Below, piece after piece: positions 10,293-19,822 of a DNA stretch of 64,000 nt. Source of the stretch: Candidatus Latescibacterota bacterium (GTDB lineage: Bacteria > Latescibacterota > UBA2968 > GCA-2709665); assembly GCA_965205485.1 (NCBI GenBank), contig OZ242180.1, positions 1,760,001-1,824,000 on the forward strand, written 5' to 3'. The stretch's first letter is position 1; each line of letters opens with the position of its first letter. A program made the translations under genes and the position numbers. The notes under the pieces are model-generated. The model saw nothing but the letters and a program-made list of their open reading frames with translations. It was not told where the DNA came from and did not search any database.

Positions 10293-11534
10293 TCAACCTC
10301 CAAATTCCGAAGCGAAGATCAGAAAGTCCTGGAAGTCGACCTCTCCATTGTCGTTCAGGTCGAACCGGGCATCGAAGTCATCGTCGCCGGCTGACCCGCC
10401 GAACGCGGTGGCGAATGCCAGGAAATCGCTGAAGTCGACAACGCAATCCCCATCGAAATCAGCCACACTGCCGACGAACGCAATGCTGGACGGCGGCAAT
10501 CCTGTGCCGATCGGACCGGCCACGAGCTCATCCGTACTCACGTCGTAGACCTTGACGCCGGCGGACGCCGGATCGCCGAAACTCCCCTGGTCCAGAATAT
10601 ATAACCGTTCACCGAACACGCCAAGGCCGGGTACGAATCCGCCGGAAAGACCGTCGAGCCCCTGAGAAACGGATCCTGCCGTCAGATCCAGCCGTTTGAC
10701 GGTATTGACGAAGTTCTCGTCGGTTACGACGGCGTATCCATCGCTATCGGAAGTCATCACCAGAGAACTCAGATTGCCGCCCACGGCCGCCTCGTCCAGC
10801 ACAATGCCTTCGCTCCGCATGGCCTCAAGATCGATCACCTCGATACCGCCGTCGGTCAGGTCGGAGTACGTATTCACCGCACTTACGATCCACTTGCTGC
10901 CTCGCCGGGCTGCACCCGCGGGATTCTTGCTGGTCATTTCAATCCCCTGCGTGCCCTCTGCCGCCGGATCCGCGTCCACGAGATGGTCGGTCGTCACGTC
11001 GACAACTGCAATCGTTGAGAATTCGGTGGGTACCCACCCATTCTCCCTGTCCAGCCGATGGCACGCGGCGAACAACTGGCCGCCGTGTACTGACAGCTGA
11101 GACGTTTCGGGCAGGCCGTCGGCATCCGCGAATGTTGAAAGGTCCACCGAACCCAGCGAATCGCCCGTGACGGGATTGACGATGAGCAATTGCGTTCGTT
11201 CGTAAAGAGAGATATACGCTTTCTCCTCGCTGACAAAGGCGATATCGTGGGGGTTCGAGCCGTTCCCCGTGGAATATTGCGTCAAGGGCGTCGCAAGATC
11301 GCCGCGATCGAGGACGATCACGTTGTCCTGACCCAGACGATTGAGAACGTACACCTTGTCGCGATAGACGCGCACGACGGCGTCGGAATGAATGACCAGG
11401 TGGTCGTTCGCAGCCGTATTCGTGCCGAGATCCAGGCTTGACAATGCTCCGCTTGTGTAATCCGTCGTGGTCATCACCGCCTGGTTCGCGAATGCATCGG
11501 TTGCAAGAAACAGAGCCAGCAGAAACCACCTCAT
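10293..11534 (-). CDS. Secreted beta-propeller protein with C-terminal dockerin/EF-hand-like domain
   Basis: Signal peptide; YncE-like blades (GSNPHDIAFVSEEKAYIS); tail DFDGDCVVDFSDFLAF...DLNDNGEVDFQDFLIF. Confidence 0.7.
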   Translation of the reverse strand: MRWFLLALFLATDAFANQAVMTTTDYTSGALSSLDLGTNTAANDHLVIHSDAVVRVYRDKVYVLNRLGQDNVIVLDRGDLATPLTQYSTGNGSNPHDIAFVSEEKAYISLYERTQLLIVNPVTGDSLGSVDLSTFADADGLPETSQLSVHGGQLFAACHRLDRENGWVPTEFSTIAVVDVTTDHLVDADPAAEGTQGIEMTSKNPAGAARRGSKWIVSAVNTYSDLTDGGIEVIDLEAMRSEGIVLDEAAVGGNLSSLVMTSDSDGYAVVTDENFVNTVKRLDLTAGSVSQGLDGLSGGFVPGLGVFGERLYILDQGSFGDPASAGVKVYDVSTDELVAGPIGTGLPPSSIAFVGSVADFDGDCVVDFSDFLAFATAFGGSAGDDDFDARFDLNDNGEVDFQDFLIFASEFGG

Positions 11535-11659
11535 TGAATCCTCCCCTTGGGTAAAGTGTAAAAGACCACGATCTGTTGTTCAGTCTTCGCAGGACAGGAA
11601 GACTTCGGTTGAAAGAGGCGGGTGCGCAACGAGGCCTTCCCGCTTCGTCCCAACATTGC

Positions 11660-13855
11660 CTATTTCGTTCTTATGCTCACGAAGAACGCCCGTCCCGGCA
11701 GCGGATAACCCCACGTATCGGCGACCTGCGCACCGGATATATTTTTCGCCTCCAGACCGATTTGCAACCGCAGCCCGGTATTCACCTTCACGCCGGCATT
11801 GTGAATCTGGCGCACCGACAGGGGACGTCGGTTGGCCTGGTCCAGAAAGCTGCCGTCCTCGAGGCTGTAATCATAGGCCAGGGTCCAACGTCCCTTCCGT
11901 GCCGTCGCGCGGACAAAAAGCGCGTGGGGAGGACGGTTGGGCAGGACATTGCCGGTCAGATATGGAACTGCCGATCGGTCTCTGGCGTTTTGAATCGTGT
12001 AATTCCCGGAAAGGCTGAAACGAGGCCCGAAGCGCCTTTGCGCGGATACTTCGAGCCCGTAGACGCGGGCTCTGCCGATGTTCACGGGCCGCGAAGTGGC
12101 CTGAGAGGTGTGGACAAACTGGATCAGGTCATCGTAGCGGTGGTCGAAGAACGCCAGTTCCAGGGTATTCGTCCCGTCCGAAAAACGTACGCCCCCGTCC
12201 CACGCGATCCCGTATTCGGGCCGAAGATTGACGTTGCCCACCACGCCGCCGCGGTCGCCGAAGAGTTCGAAGAAAGACGGAGTCCGGAAGACGCGCCCCG
12301 CATTGGCCTTGAACGTCAGGTGCGGTGCAAGGTCCAGCCGCACCCCGGTACGAACGCTCGTGAGATTGCGGGTATTCGCGGAATCGGGCGCAAGCGGAGA
12401 AAAATCGAACGGATTGGCGCCGGTGAATGAGCTGTGTACGAGTCGGTGTTCGGCACCCATCGACCACACGCCGGATTTCCCCGGCAAGGAAACATCGGCA
12501 CCAGCCCGCGCGGAAAAGACCCATCGCCGGCTGTCGAAGAAATTCGCGACACCCCGGATCCGCGCTGTGGGCGCATAGGCCTCCCGGCGCAGGCCAACGA
12601 CGGCCGTTGCATTGCAGCGTGAAAGCAGGACCGTCTGCAAACGGCCCCGCCATCCATACGTGCGCGTGCGATATTCGTTATCCTGGCGGCCGATTCCAAC
12701 TTCGCCGCCGGGATCGCGGAACCGCTCCCTGGTGTGCGTGACGTAAACCGATTGATGCGTACTCATGCCGTTCGACAGCGCCCGATTCTGGTATGTGACT
12801 TCCGTCATCGTGCGGAAGGCATCCAGCTGCGCATTCCGGGACTGGTTGTTGCTGATACCTGGCATGCCCTGGACCTTCCAGTACATCGTCTCGTGAACGG
12901 ACAGGCCGCTGTTTTCCCCTAAAGTGCGTCGCCATTTGCCCAGCAGGTTGACGGACCGGTGGTTGTTGTTCCGGCGCTTGCTCCATACGTCGTCATTCGC
13001 ATTGTATTCGGTCCCGTTGTCGTCCAGAAACCCGAAATCGTTATCGCTTTGCGCGTAGTCGGCAACAACGAGAAAGTCCGAATGCCCCCGCTCACCTGCG
13101 AGTACACCGCTCAGCAGCCGCGTATCGAAAGCTCCCCACGACCCTCGAATACCGTGCCGCCACCGTCTCTGTAACCGGCGTGTGCGCACGTGTACGGCGC
13201 CTCCCAGACCGTTGCCACCGGCGCCCGTCCCGCGATACACTTCGATCTGCCCGACGTGCGCCAGCGGGAGATTGCCGAGGTCCACGCCGCCGCCGAAGGC
13301 GGCATTCAACAGAACGCCGTCGAGGTACACTTCGACCTGGTCGGCCGATGACCCCCGCAGGGAAATCGTGCTGAATGCGCCCAGCCCGCCCAGGCGCTTG
13401 ACGTGTACGCCCGTGGCCTCGGCCAGGACGTCCGGCAGGGTCGTCTCTCTGCCCTCGAAGCTCTCGCGCGTAATCACGGTCGCATAGGCCGGACTCCTGT
13501 GAATGTCGCCGGCGCCGAAGGGTTCCGCGATCACCGGGAAGTCCTCGAGAGGATACGTCCGGGGCGACAGCTCGATGAGAACGTCCGTCGTTCCGGTCAG
13601 GCTGACCGTGCGCTGCGCGGGCAGGTAGGCGATATGCGATATCGCAAGCGTATATGTGCCGGCATTCAGACCGGAAATGACGAAACGGCCCCGGTGGTCC
13701 GTCTTTGTCGCAGGATCGGCATTGAGAACGCGGACTCGCGCGTTGGCGACCGGCGCCTGCGTCTCCGCGTCGGTGACGCGGCCGGCGATCTCCCCCGCCT
13801 TGAGTGGCGCGGTCGCGAGGAGGCTCCACAGGATTAGAAAAGGAATGTATCGCAT
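11660..13855 (-). CDS. btuB: TonB-dependent receptor, probable cobalamin transporter
   Basis: N-terminal carboxypeptidase-like domain (GRVTDAET..PV); plug (ISLRGSS...VYLDGV..IEVYRG); barrel C-terminus PGRAFFVSI; downstream of B12 riboswitch. Confidence 0.8.
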   Translation of the reverse strand: MRYIPFLILWSLLATAPLKAGEIAGRVTDAETQAPVANARVRVLNADPATKTDHRGRFVISGLNAGTYTLAISHIAYLPAQRTVSLTGTTDVLIELSPRTYPLEDFPVIAEPFGAGDIHRSPAYATVITRESFEGRETTLPDVLAEATGVHVKRLGGLGAFSTISLRGSSADQVEVYLDGVLLNAAFGGGVDLGNLPLAHVGQIEVYRGTGAGGNGLGGAVHVRTRRLQRRWRHGIRGSWGAFDTRLLSGVLAGERGHSDFLVVADYAQSDNDFGFLDDNGTEYNANDDVWSKRRNNNHRSVNLLGKWRRTLGENSGLSVHETMYWKVQGMPGISNNQSRNAQLDAFRTMTEVTYQNRALSNGMSTHQSVYVTHTRERFRDPGGEVGIGRQDNEYRTRTYGWRGRLQTVLLSRCNATAVVGLRREAYAPTARIRGVANFFDSRRWVFSARAGADVSLPGKSGVWSMGAEHRLVHSSFTGANPFDFSPLAPDSANTRNLTSVRTGVRLDLAPHLTFKANAGRVFRTPSFFELFGDRGGVVGNVNLRPEYGIAWDGGVRFSDGTNTLELAFFDHRYDDLIQFVHTSQATSRPVNIGRARVYGLEVSAQRRFGPRFSLSGNYTIQNARDRSAVPYLTGNVLPNRPPHALFVRATARKGRWTLAYDYSLEDGSFLDQANRRPLSVRQIHNAGVKVNTGLRLQIGLEAKNISGAQVADTWGYPLPGRAFFVSIRTK

Positions 13856-13858
13856 AGG

Positions 13859-15001
13859 CTATGGATCAAGTTTCCGATAGTACTTGAGCTGGTGATCCGG
13901 GGCCAGGTCCGGGTGAAGGATCTTTATGATATCGGCCAGCAGCACGTCCGGTTCGATCAGTCCGGTTTCCCAATAGTCATTGCCGCCGTGTTCATTGAGG
14001 CGCGCATTGGCGTTGAATACCCTGCCCGTCCCCACCGCATTGAATTTCCCGTATCGTTCATCTTCCGCCACAACGTCGCCTATGGCTCGCCATTCGTTTC
14101 TCATGGTGATCCAGACTTCGGCATCGTGCGCCTTTTCGTAGACCGCTTCGAAATCCAGAGACAGGCTCCGCCGCGATTCATTGTCCCCCCACAGGTAATT
14201 CGCGCCCGCGTCCTCGAGCAGTTGCGCCGGATATGATCTTCCGCCCGACATAAACCAGGTTCCTCGCCAAAGGGATCCGACGAAGACAGTGGGTTTACTG
14301 TCGGGCAGCAAATCTGCGGTTAACAATCTGCGCGCGTCGTACCTGGCGGCAATACTGTCGAACCGTGCGGCGGCCAGATTCTCCTTGTTGAAGAAAGCGC
14401 CCACGAATTTGAGCCACTCCACGCGCCCGAGCAGTGTTGGTTCGGTGTAGGCGGCATTTACCACGGCGGCCACGCCGGCCTGCTGTAGCGTATGGTACGC
14501 ATTGTCCTGTGATGGCGCGTCGATCATGACGATATCGGGCCGGAGCACGAGGACCCGCTCCATATCGATGGACCTGCCTCTGCCGACTTCCGATATCTTA
14601 CCCTCTGCGAAACGCTGTCTGACGGCACTCGAATTGACGAACCTGACGTTGTCGACCGCGACCAGGCTTTCCAATTCGTCCAGCTTTTCGATATGGGGCA
14701 GGTGCGTCGTGGATGTCGTGATCAACTTGCGCACGGGAATCCGAATTCTGGGGTCGCCTTCGTAGCCATCGGGCGGTTTCCTGCCGCGTTGTACCAGGAC
14801 GTATTGAAGCGTTTCCCCCGTTTCGGACCCCGGCACGACGACCGCCACGACCTTGTACCCGTCGAAGTAGTCAACCCGAAAACCCTCGGCATATTTCAGT
14901 GACACCTGCGCATGGACAGGTATCGCCGCCACGCAGATACCGATGCCACAAAACAGACGGGTCCAAGATCTGATATTCAACACGTGGAATCCTCCGGTCA
15001 T
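13859..15001 (-). CDS. btuF: B12/iron-chelate periplasmic binding protein
   Basis: PVRKLITTSTTH, EPTLLGRVEWLKF, DAGANYLW, GGNDYWE and PDVLLADII motifs; first gene after the riboswitch. Confidence 0.8.
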   Translation of the reverse strand: MTGGFHVLNIRSWTRLFCGIGICVAAIPVHAQVSLKYAEGFRVDYFDGYKVVAVVVPGSETGETLQYVLVQRGRKPPDGYEGDPRIRIPVRKLITTSTTHLPHIEKLDELESLVAVDNVRFVNSSAVRQRFAEGKISEVGRGRSIDMERVLVLRPDIVMIDAPSQDNAYHTLQQAGVAAVVNAAYTEPTLLGRVEWLKFVGAFFNKENLAAARFDSIAARYDARRLLTADLLPDSKPTVFVGSLWRGTWFMSGGRSYPAQLLEDAGANYLWGDNESRRSLSLDFEAVYEKAHDAEVWITMRNEWRAIGDVVAEDERYGKFNAVGTGRVFNANARLNEHGGNDYWETGLIEPDVLLADIIKILHPDLAPDHQLKYYRKLDP

Positions 15002-15186
15002 CAGAAAAAACAGCTATCAGCATACATCATGTACCGGTTCGTGATACGGTCCCGCGGCGTCAATCAGCGACGTATGCGCCACGACGGGGCAACCCACAAG
15101 GGTTTCCCTTACAGATGCTGACACGGCGCGGACATTGCGCCTTTCGTTTCAAGCTGCCTGCTGACGGCTGATAGCTGACTGCTACT

Positions 15187-15224
15187 AAAAAAAATCCCCG
15201 ATTTCCATATGCAGAAATCAGGGC
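15187..15224 (-). terminator. Intrinsic terminator, probable riboswitch expression platform
   Basis: Minus strand CCCTGATTTC-loop-GAAATCGGGG followed by A and T8, between riboswitch and btuF. Confidence 0.7.
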
Positions 15225-15302
15225 AATTGCCAACCACGCTGCCGAAGCACGCGCTTATGTCACCTTTTCCCGAATCCACGAGGAAATGAATATAAGGTCT
15301 GA

Positions 15303-15451
15303 GATTCAGGCAGGTCTTCTGGCTCCTGGATCATCTGTTTCCAGCGCCTTCCCGGTATTTAACCAGTGGCATCTTTGCCGGAAACATCCCCAGTTACAGC
15401 GGCGGGACCGCAACGGATTTTCACCGTTTTCCCTGTTTTGTAACCTGAATC
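15303..15451 (-). ncRNA. Cobalamin riboswitch
   Basis: Minus strand AGGGAAAACGGTGAAAATCCGTTGCGGTCCCGCCGCTGTAA...GCCACTG...CGGGAAGG...GAGCCAGAAGACCTGCC (B12 box); closing stem GATTCAGG/CCTGAATC. Confidence 0.95.
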
Positions 15452-15668
15452 CGAAATATCTATGTAATTGCTGCGTTATTTAAATCTGAAAAGTCCTCCT
15501 GAGGAATGACCACTTTCAAGATTTGTCTACTCACTCAACGTTGGCGACGTGCAGTCTGTGGATATGAAATATACGACGCCGATTTCATAACATCAAGAAT
15601 TTTATTTGGAATCGTTCCGCGTCTACTCGATACGGAAATAACCCGTCTCCAGATGAGAAGCGCATCCC

Positions 15669-15923
15669 TTATGCAAGTCTGGCCGCCCTCTTGCCATGAG
15701 TAACTCCTAGCAATCCGTCGATAGACAGGTCTTCATCGATCAACGGCCAGTGAACGCCGTATCCGGACGGTGATACCTCGTACGCATTTCTCTCTCTGGA
15801 TGTGGCATTCAAGAGTACGGACGATATATCGCGAATCTTAAACCTCCTGACGTGGCCGTCGATCGTCAGGACCATATCGTCGCCATCAAAATGAAGATCG
15901 CTTACGTCGTGATGTCTTCTCAC
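15669..15923 (-). CDS. DUF2442 protein, putative antitoxin
   Basis: LLNAT..ER..YE.S..GYGVHWP.IDEDLSIDGLL motif; GTGA overlap with DUF4160 gene. Confidence 0.85.
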   Translation of the reverse strand: MRRHHDVSDLHFDGDDMVLTIDGHVRRFKIRDISSVLLNATSRERNAYEVSPSGYGVHWPLIDEDLSIDGLLGVTHGKRAARLA

Positions 15924-16177
15924 CTTTGACGCCTCCGTTCGAACTCATCCCACTCTCGACCGATATATTCGAAATGTTCGAGGACAATCCTTCTAATTGC
16001 TCGCCTGTCGCCTGTTGAAATGCTGAAAGCGTAGGCTTCTTCAAGGTCGAAGTCGCTACGATTGAGCCAGAATTTAATCTCGCTCTCACCCTTCCTGCAG
16101 TGTATATGGGCGGGTTCGTTACCCTCGTTCGCGTAAAAGAAGAGTCGCCATCCTGAAATTAGTAGAACCGTTGGCAC
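15920..16177 (-). CDS. DUF4160 protein, putative toxin
   Basis: MPTVL.I.G.RLFFYANE..EP.HIH...KFWL motif. Confidence 0.85.
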   Translation of the reverse strand: MPTVLLISGWRLFFYANEGNEPAHIHCRKGESEIKFWLNRSDFDLEEAYAFSISTGDRRAIRRIVLEHFEYIGREWDEFERRRQR

Positions 16178-16260
16178 ATGGAATTATACCCACAAAAGAA
16201 GGCGCTGGCAAGAACGTTGGCGACTTCAGGGCCGAAAATGGTATTAGACCCGGACCCGCC

Positions 16261-17103
16261 CTAACGCTGAACCGAGGCGGAGGTCTCCGGTCTGTTGAGT
16301 AGCCCGCCAAGTCGCTTTGCAAGCGCGGGAAAGTCACTGCCGAACAGGATGCAGCCATGGCGGGTTACGGACTGTCCCGGTTCGATATTGCCAAAATGGG
16401 GTCTGCTATGCAGGCAATGATGGCCGTCAGCGTTCTGCAAGGCGGAAGTTGCGCACTCATATCCGAGCGCTACTGCCTTAGACCTGTCGTGAGAAACGGC
16501 GCCCAGGATGGCCGGTCGATCTATGGACGTGTTGCTTCTTCCCCAGAACCACGCGGTCCTGTTGACCCACTCTTTTTCGTAGTCCTCAAGATCCGCATGA
16601 TATGCGGTCCGAATATCCACCGTTCTGTGCAGATCGCCCATGTTCTCCGGCTTGCCTTTGACCACGATGTACGATCGTCTGACTTCATCCTGATCGATGA
16701 AACCGGATGACTTTGCCTGGAGACATCCGCCATCGGAAGCGACGTCATAGAATTTCGCGGATGACTGATTCGTGAGGGTCAACGTCAATTCCACGCTGTC
16801 CTCGAGTCCGGACAACGATGCTTTGAGAACAAGACCTGTTATGAAGTTGTGTCGTATGACCTTCCCTGAGGGATCCGATTGACGGTATGCCAACTGCTCC
16901 TCGATGTACTCGGGCGTCGTTTGCCATTCGTATGCCCACGCATTGTCTCCAGTCCTGGTCCATCGAGGGCAGATCTTCTGCCACATCATCGTCACGCCAT
17001 TCATCGACGTGATGACTTCCGGAAACTGGATGGACCACTTCAGGTCCCAGTCCAGGTGATGAATATCAACGAATCGCGTTTTGGTGGGCTGCAATAGTAT
17101 CAC
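16261..17103 (-). CDS. Hypothetical protein
   Basis: 280-aa ORF from GTG 17103 with protein-like composition; no family recognised. Confidence 0.6.
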   Translation of the reverse strand: MILLQPTKTRFVDIHHLDWDLKWSIQFPEVITSMNGVTMMWQKICPRWTRTGDNAWAYEWQTTPEYIEEQLAYRQSDPSGKVIRHNFITGLVLKASLSGLEDSVELTLTLTNQSSAKFYDVASDGGCLQAKSSGFIDQDEVRRSYIVVKGKPENMGDLHRTVDIRTAYHADLEDYEKEWVNRTAWFWGRSNTSIDRPAILGAVSHDRSKAVALGYECATSALQNADGHHCLHSRPHFGNIEPGQSVTRHGCILFGSDFPALAKRLGGLLNRPETSASVQR

Positions 17104-17170
17104 TTTTCTTTCGCCTTCTGCATGAACCGATGAATCGCGGGCCGAATGGTCTGAGCCGAACACGGTCGTG

Positions 17171-17677
17171 TTACTCGTTGCCGTGGCCCGGTGGACGCGA
17201 CACGACGTCGATAGCCGGAAGCTCGTCAATCCGGCCGGCATTCAGACGTTCGTTGAGTTCCCAGAGTGCGATCCGGTTGCTTTCCCATGTGAGCAGCCTT
17301 GTGGCTCCCACAAAAGGCAACCAGCTCACCTTGTCATGTTCATGGGACAAATCAAGTTCCTGACCGCTTACATCAACCGCAAACGAGTATTCCGGCACGA
17401 CAAGGATGTCCCTGGGCCAGTGTTCTGTTGGTGAGAATGCCGTCCTGGGGACGGATGCGCGAGAATCCAGCCGGAAGAAACGTGCCTCCCGAGGAATGCC
17501 TCCCTCCTCTTCCGCCTCACGCCGCGCGGTTTGCTCTGCCGTCTCATCGTCTTCGGCACCGCCTGCAATGAACTGCCACATAGAGTCATCCGACCGATGA
17601 AACACGGCAAACTCGTATCCCACATTCTCACTCTTCCTGAAAGGTATCACGATCACTTGCAGGGGTTGCCGTGCCAT
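17171..17677 (-). CDS. NUDIX pyrophosphohydrolase
   Basis: WQFIAGGAEDDETAEQTARREAEEEGG Nudix box; LSHEH motif. Confidence 0.88.
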   Translation of the reverse strand: MARQPLQVIVIPFRKSENVGYEFAVFHRSDDSMWQFIAGGAEDDETAEQTARREAEEEGGIPREARFFRLDSRASVPRTAFSPTEHWPRDILVVPEYSFAVDVSGQELDLSHEHDKVSWLPFVGATRLLTWESNRIALWELNERLNAGRIDELPAIDVVSRPPGHGNE

Positions 17678-17925
17678 GCTAACTGTACTCTCGGGCAGAG
17701 TCGCTCAGAATCGTCTTTCACAGCAGAAATATAGTCCGGCCACGGTTTTCGTGTAACGTTCCCGTGTCCTTGAGTGTCTACCAGGAGTCAGGTGGTGATG
17801 TCGGGTTCTGCTGGCGTGTAACGTGCTCACTATTTACGACCCTACGTCAGTGGGGGCGACTGGGTGGGCAGCCCGACGCTTTGAATTTCCTGTACTTTTC
17901 TCGCGATATAGATCGCCAAAGGTCA

Positions 17926-19506
17926 TCAGGGGCTCGGTTGCGCCGCCTCGCGCTCCGGCCGCCGTATATTGGGTCCCGCCTTGGTGTTGACGAAGCGCCG
18001 CTCGCGATTGGGGTTGCGCCAGCTGCGCACGCCGTGCGTCGTCGTGCCCGGGTACATGATCACCGTCCCGGCAACCCCCTGCATATGCTTGACCTGCGGC
18101 AGGTCGCAGCTGGTTTGCTTCGGGCGCGGCAGCGGTAGCCGCGCTTTGTGGCTTCCGGGGACTAACATCAGTCCGCCGTCGCCCGTCGCCGTCTCGACGT
18201 CCTGGAGCAGCCAGCCGATGTTCACCTGCTCCGTACGAGGCTGTCCGTCCCGGAATTGATAGTTAGGGCCGGCGCCGTAAAACCAGCCGCCATGCAGGGG
18301 CTGGCCGGCCGCCCCGTCGCGGCTGACGATTGTGTAGCACGTCGTCATGACGAAGCCCGGGTCGATCATCCACTTCAGCCGCGCGTTCACGAGCGGATTG
18401 TCGATCATGCGTCGAAAGCCGTCGCTGAAGGGTGGGGGATGGGTCCAGGTCTGCGAGACGCGCTCTTCGGTGCAGCGCGTGCCCGGGGCCGGGGCAATAG
18501 TCTGCGAACAGCCCTCGTAGTCCGGGTACTCGCCCACGACACTGCTCGAAAAGCCCACCGGCCGACGGTTGGCTTCGGCGAAGGGCGAGTCGAGCGCTGC
18601 ATTGCACTGCGCTAACCACTCGCGGTCCATCACGCCAGGCAGAACCAGGTAGCCTCTCAGGTCCCAGAACCAGACCTCCTCGTGGTTCGGAGCGTCGGGT
18701 CGCGTGTTGACGTCCAGCAGCGACGGCGCCAGCTGCTGCTCGTTGCTGAGGGGCCGGCCGTCGTGCCCGAGGCCGCGTGGTGGGCCGGCCACCAGCGCTC
18801 GGCGCGCCGGCGTGAGCTCATCCAGCCAGCTGTCCACATCCGTCGCGCCGTGGCCGAAGGGCCCCCCAGGGTAGCGGGTGTCGTCGCAAAAGATGCACTC
18901 CTGCAGCGAGGAGCCTGGGGCGGCGCCGACCAGTGTGGTGGCAACCGCGAGCAGACAATCGCCAGCGCGGAGCTGCACGCGCTCCGTCGCCCCGAGCTCC
19001 TCGGCGCGCGCCATGCTCGGGGGCGGCTGGACGTTGGCTTTGTGCGACGCGGGGCACACCACCACGCAGCTGTCGCCCACGGCCCACAGCGCGCGCAGCC
19101 CCCAGACGCACACCCGGTCGGGCCGGCTGGTCGTGTCGTAGCCCAGCCGGCGCTGCTCATCCACCGTCAGATCATTGGCCCACTGCCCCTCTTTGGTCAG
19201 GCGGCGCGGCGGCCGGTCCAGCTCAAACTTGATCGTGTGGAACTCCTGTGCCTTTCCTTCAGTACCGTCGTACGCAGCGCGGTGCCACAGTGGCAACTCC
19301 CCGCCGGCCAGCTGATCGATCGCAGCCAGCAAGTCCGGATGCTCAGCCAGAGCGGCGGGTGTGGCGTGCGCCGCTGCCGGCGCGCCGAGCAGGCTCGGGA
19401 GGAGGATATAGCCGTCGAGCTCGAAGGCCCACCTCTGCTCCTCGGTCATCAGCGCCATGGACCCGCTCCGTGGAACATCGAAGAGGTATTTTTCCGTTTT
19501 GGTCAT
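17926..19506 (-). CDS. Tandem-domain PhyH-family Fe(II)/2-oxoglutarate enzyme
   Basis: FELDGY and WDLRGY domain starts; PASHKA and VPGSHKA; second domain has LHGG...THG; first domain degenerate. Confidence 0.75.
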   Translation of the reverse strand: MTKTEKYLFDVPRSGSMALMTEEQRWAFELDGYILLPSLLGAPAAAHATPAALAEHPDLLAAIDQLAGGELPLWHRAAYDGTEGKAQEFHTIKFELDRPPRRLTKEGQWANDLTVDEQRRLGYDTTSRPDRVCVWGLRALWAVGDSCVVVCPASHKANVQPPPSMARAEELGATERVQLRAGDCLLAVATTLVGAAPGSSLQECIFCDDTRYPGGPFGHGATDVDSWLDELTPARRALVAGPPRGLGHDGRPLSNEQQLAPSLLDVNTRPDAPNHEEVWFWDLRGYLVLPGVMDREWLAQCNAALDSPFAEANRRPVGFSSSVVGEYPDYEGCSQTIAPAPGTRCTEERVSQTWTHPPPFSDGFRRMIDNPLVNARLKWMIDPGFVMTTCYTIVSRDGAAGQPLHGGWFYGAGPNYQFRDGQPRTEQVNIGWLLQDVETATGDGGLMLVPGSHKARLPLPRPKQTSCDLPQVKHMQGVAGTVIMYPGTTTHGVRSWRNPNRERRFVNTKAGPNIRRPEREAAQPSP

Positions 19507-19557
19507 GAGGCAACCCTTTCTCTCACAAATCGTCGCATTTGCGATTTGAGTTTGTTA

Positions 19558-19719
19558 GAAGCTGTTTTAAAATTACCGGTGAGTTCCCGAGCGCGAGCGA
19601 AAAAGTGGCGGTCAAGGCGGGAAAATCCACCCATATTTGTCTATACGGGTGGGTTTGACCAACGCCGACCGGCGCTTTTGCAGCCGCGCGAAGACCGCTG
19701 GGAATTTTAAGACAGCTTC
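19558..19719. mobile_element. MITE family 2 (162 bp)
   Basis: 17-bp TIRs GAAGCTGTTTTAAAATT / AATTTTAAGACAGCTTC (one mismatch); TTA on both flanks; internal hairpin. Confidence 0.8.
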
Positions 19720-19822
19720 TTAGCGGGATGTGACAATCATCGGAACGAAATGGTTCGGTAAGCCCGCTGTGGCGTTCTCTGTTTGCTTCGTAATATTGAT
19801 TCACACCGATACTCTCTTTGAA

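Noticed and set aside
11535..11659. Second cobalamin riboswitch between btuB and the propeller gene
   Set aside because: Has GGGAAGG and two hairpins but lacks the B12 box and the other conserved blocks
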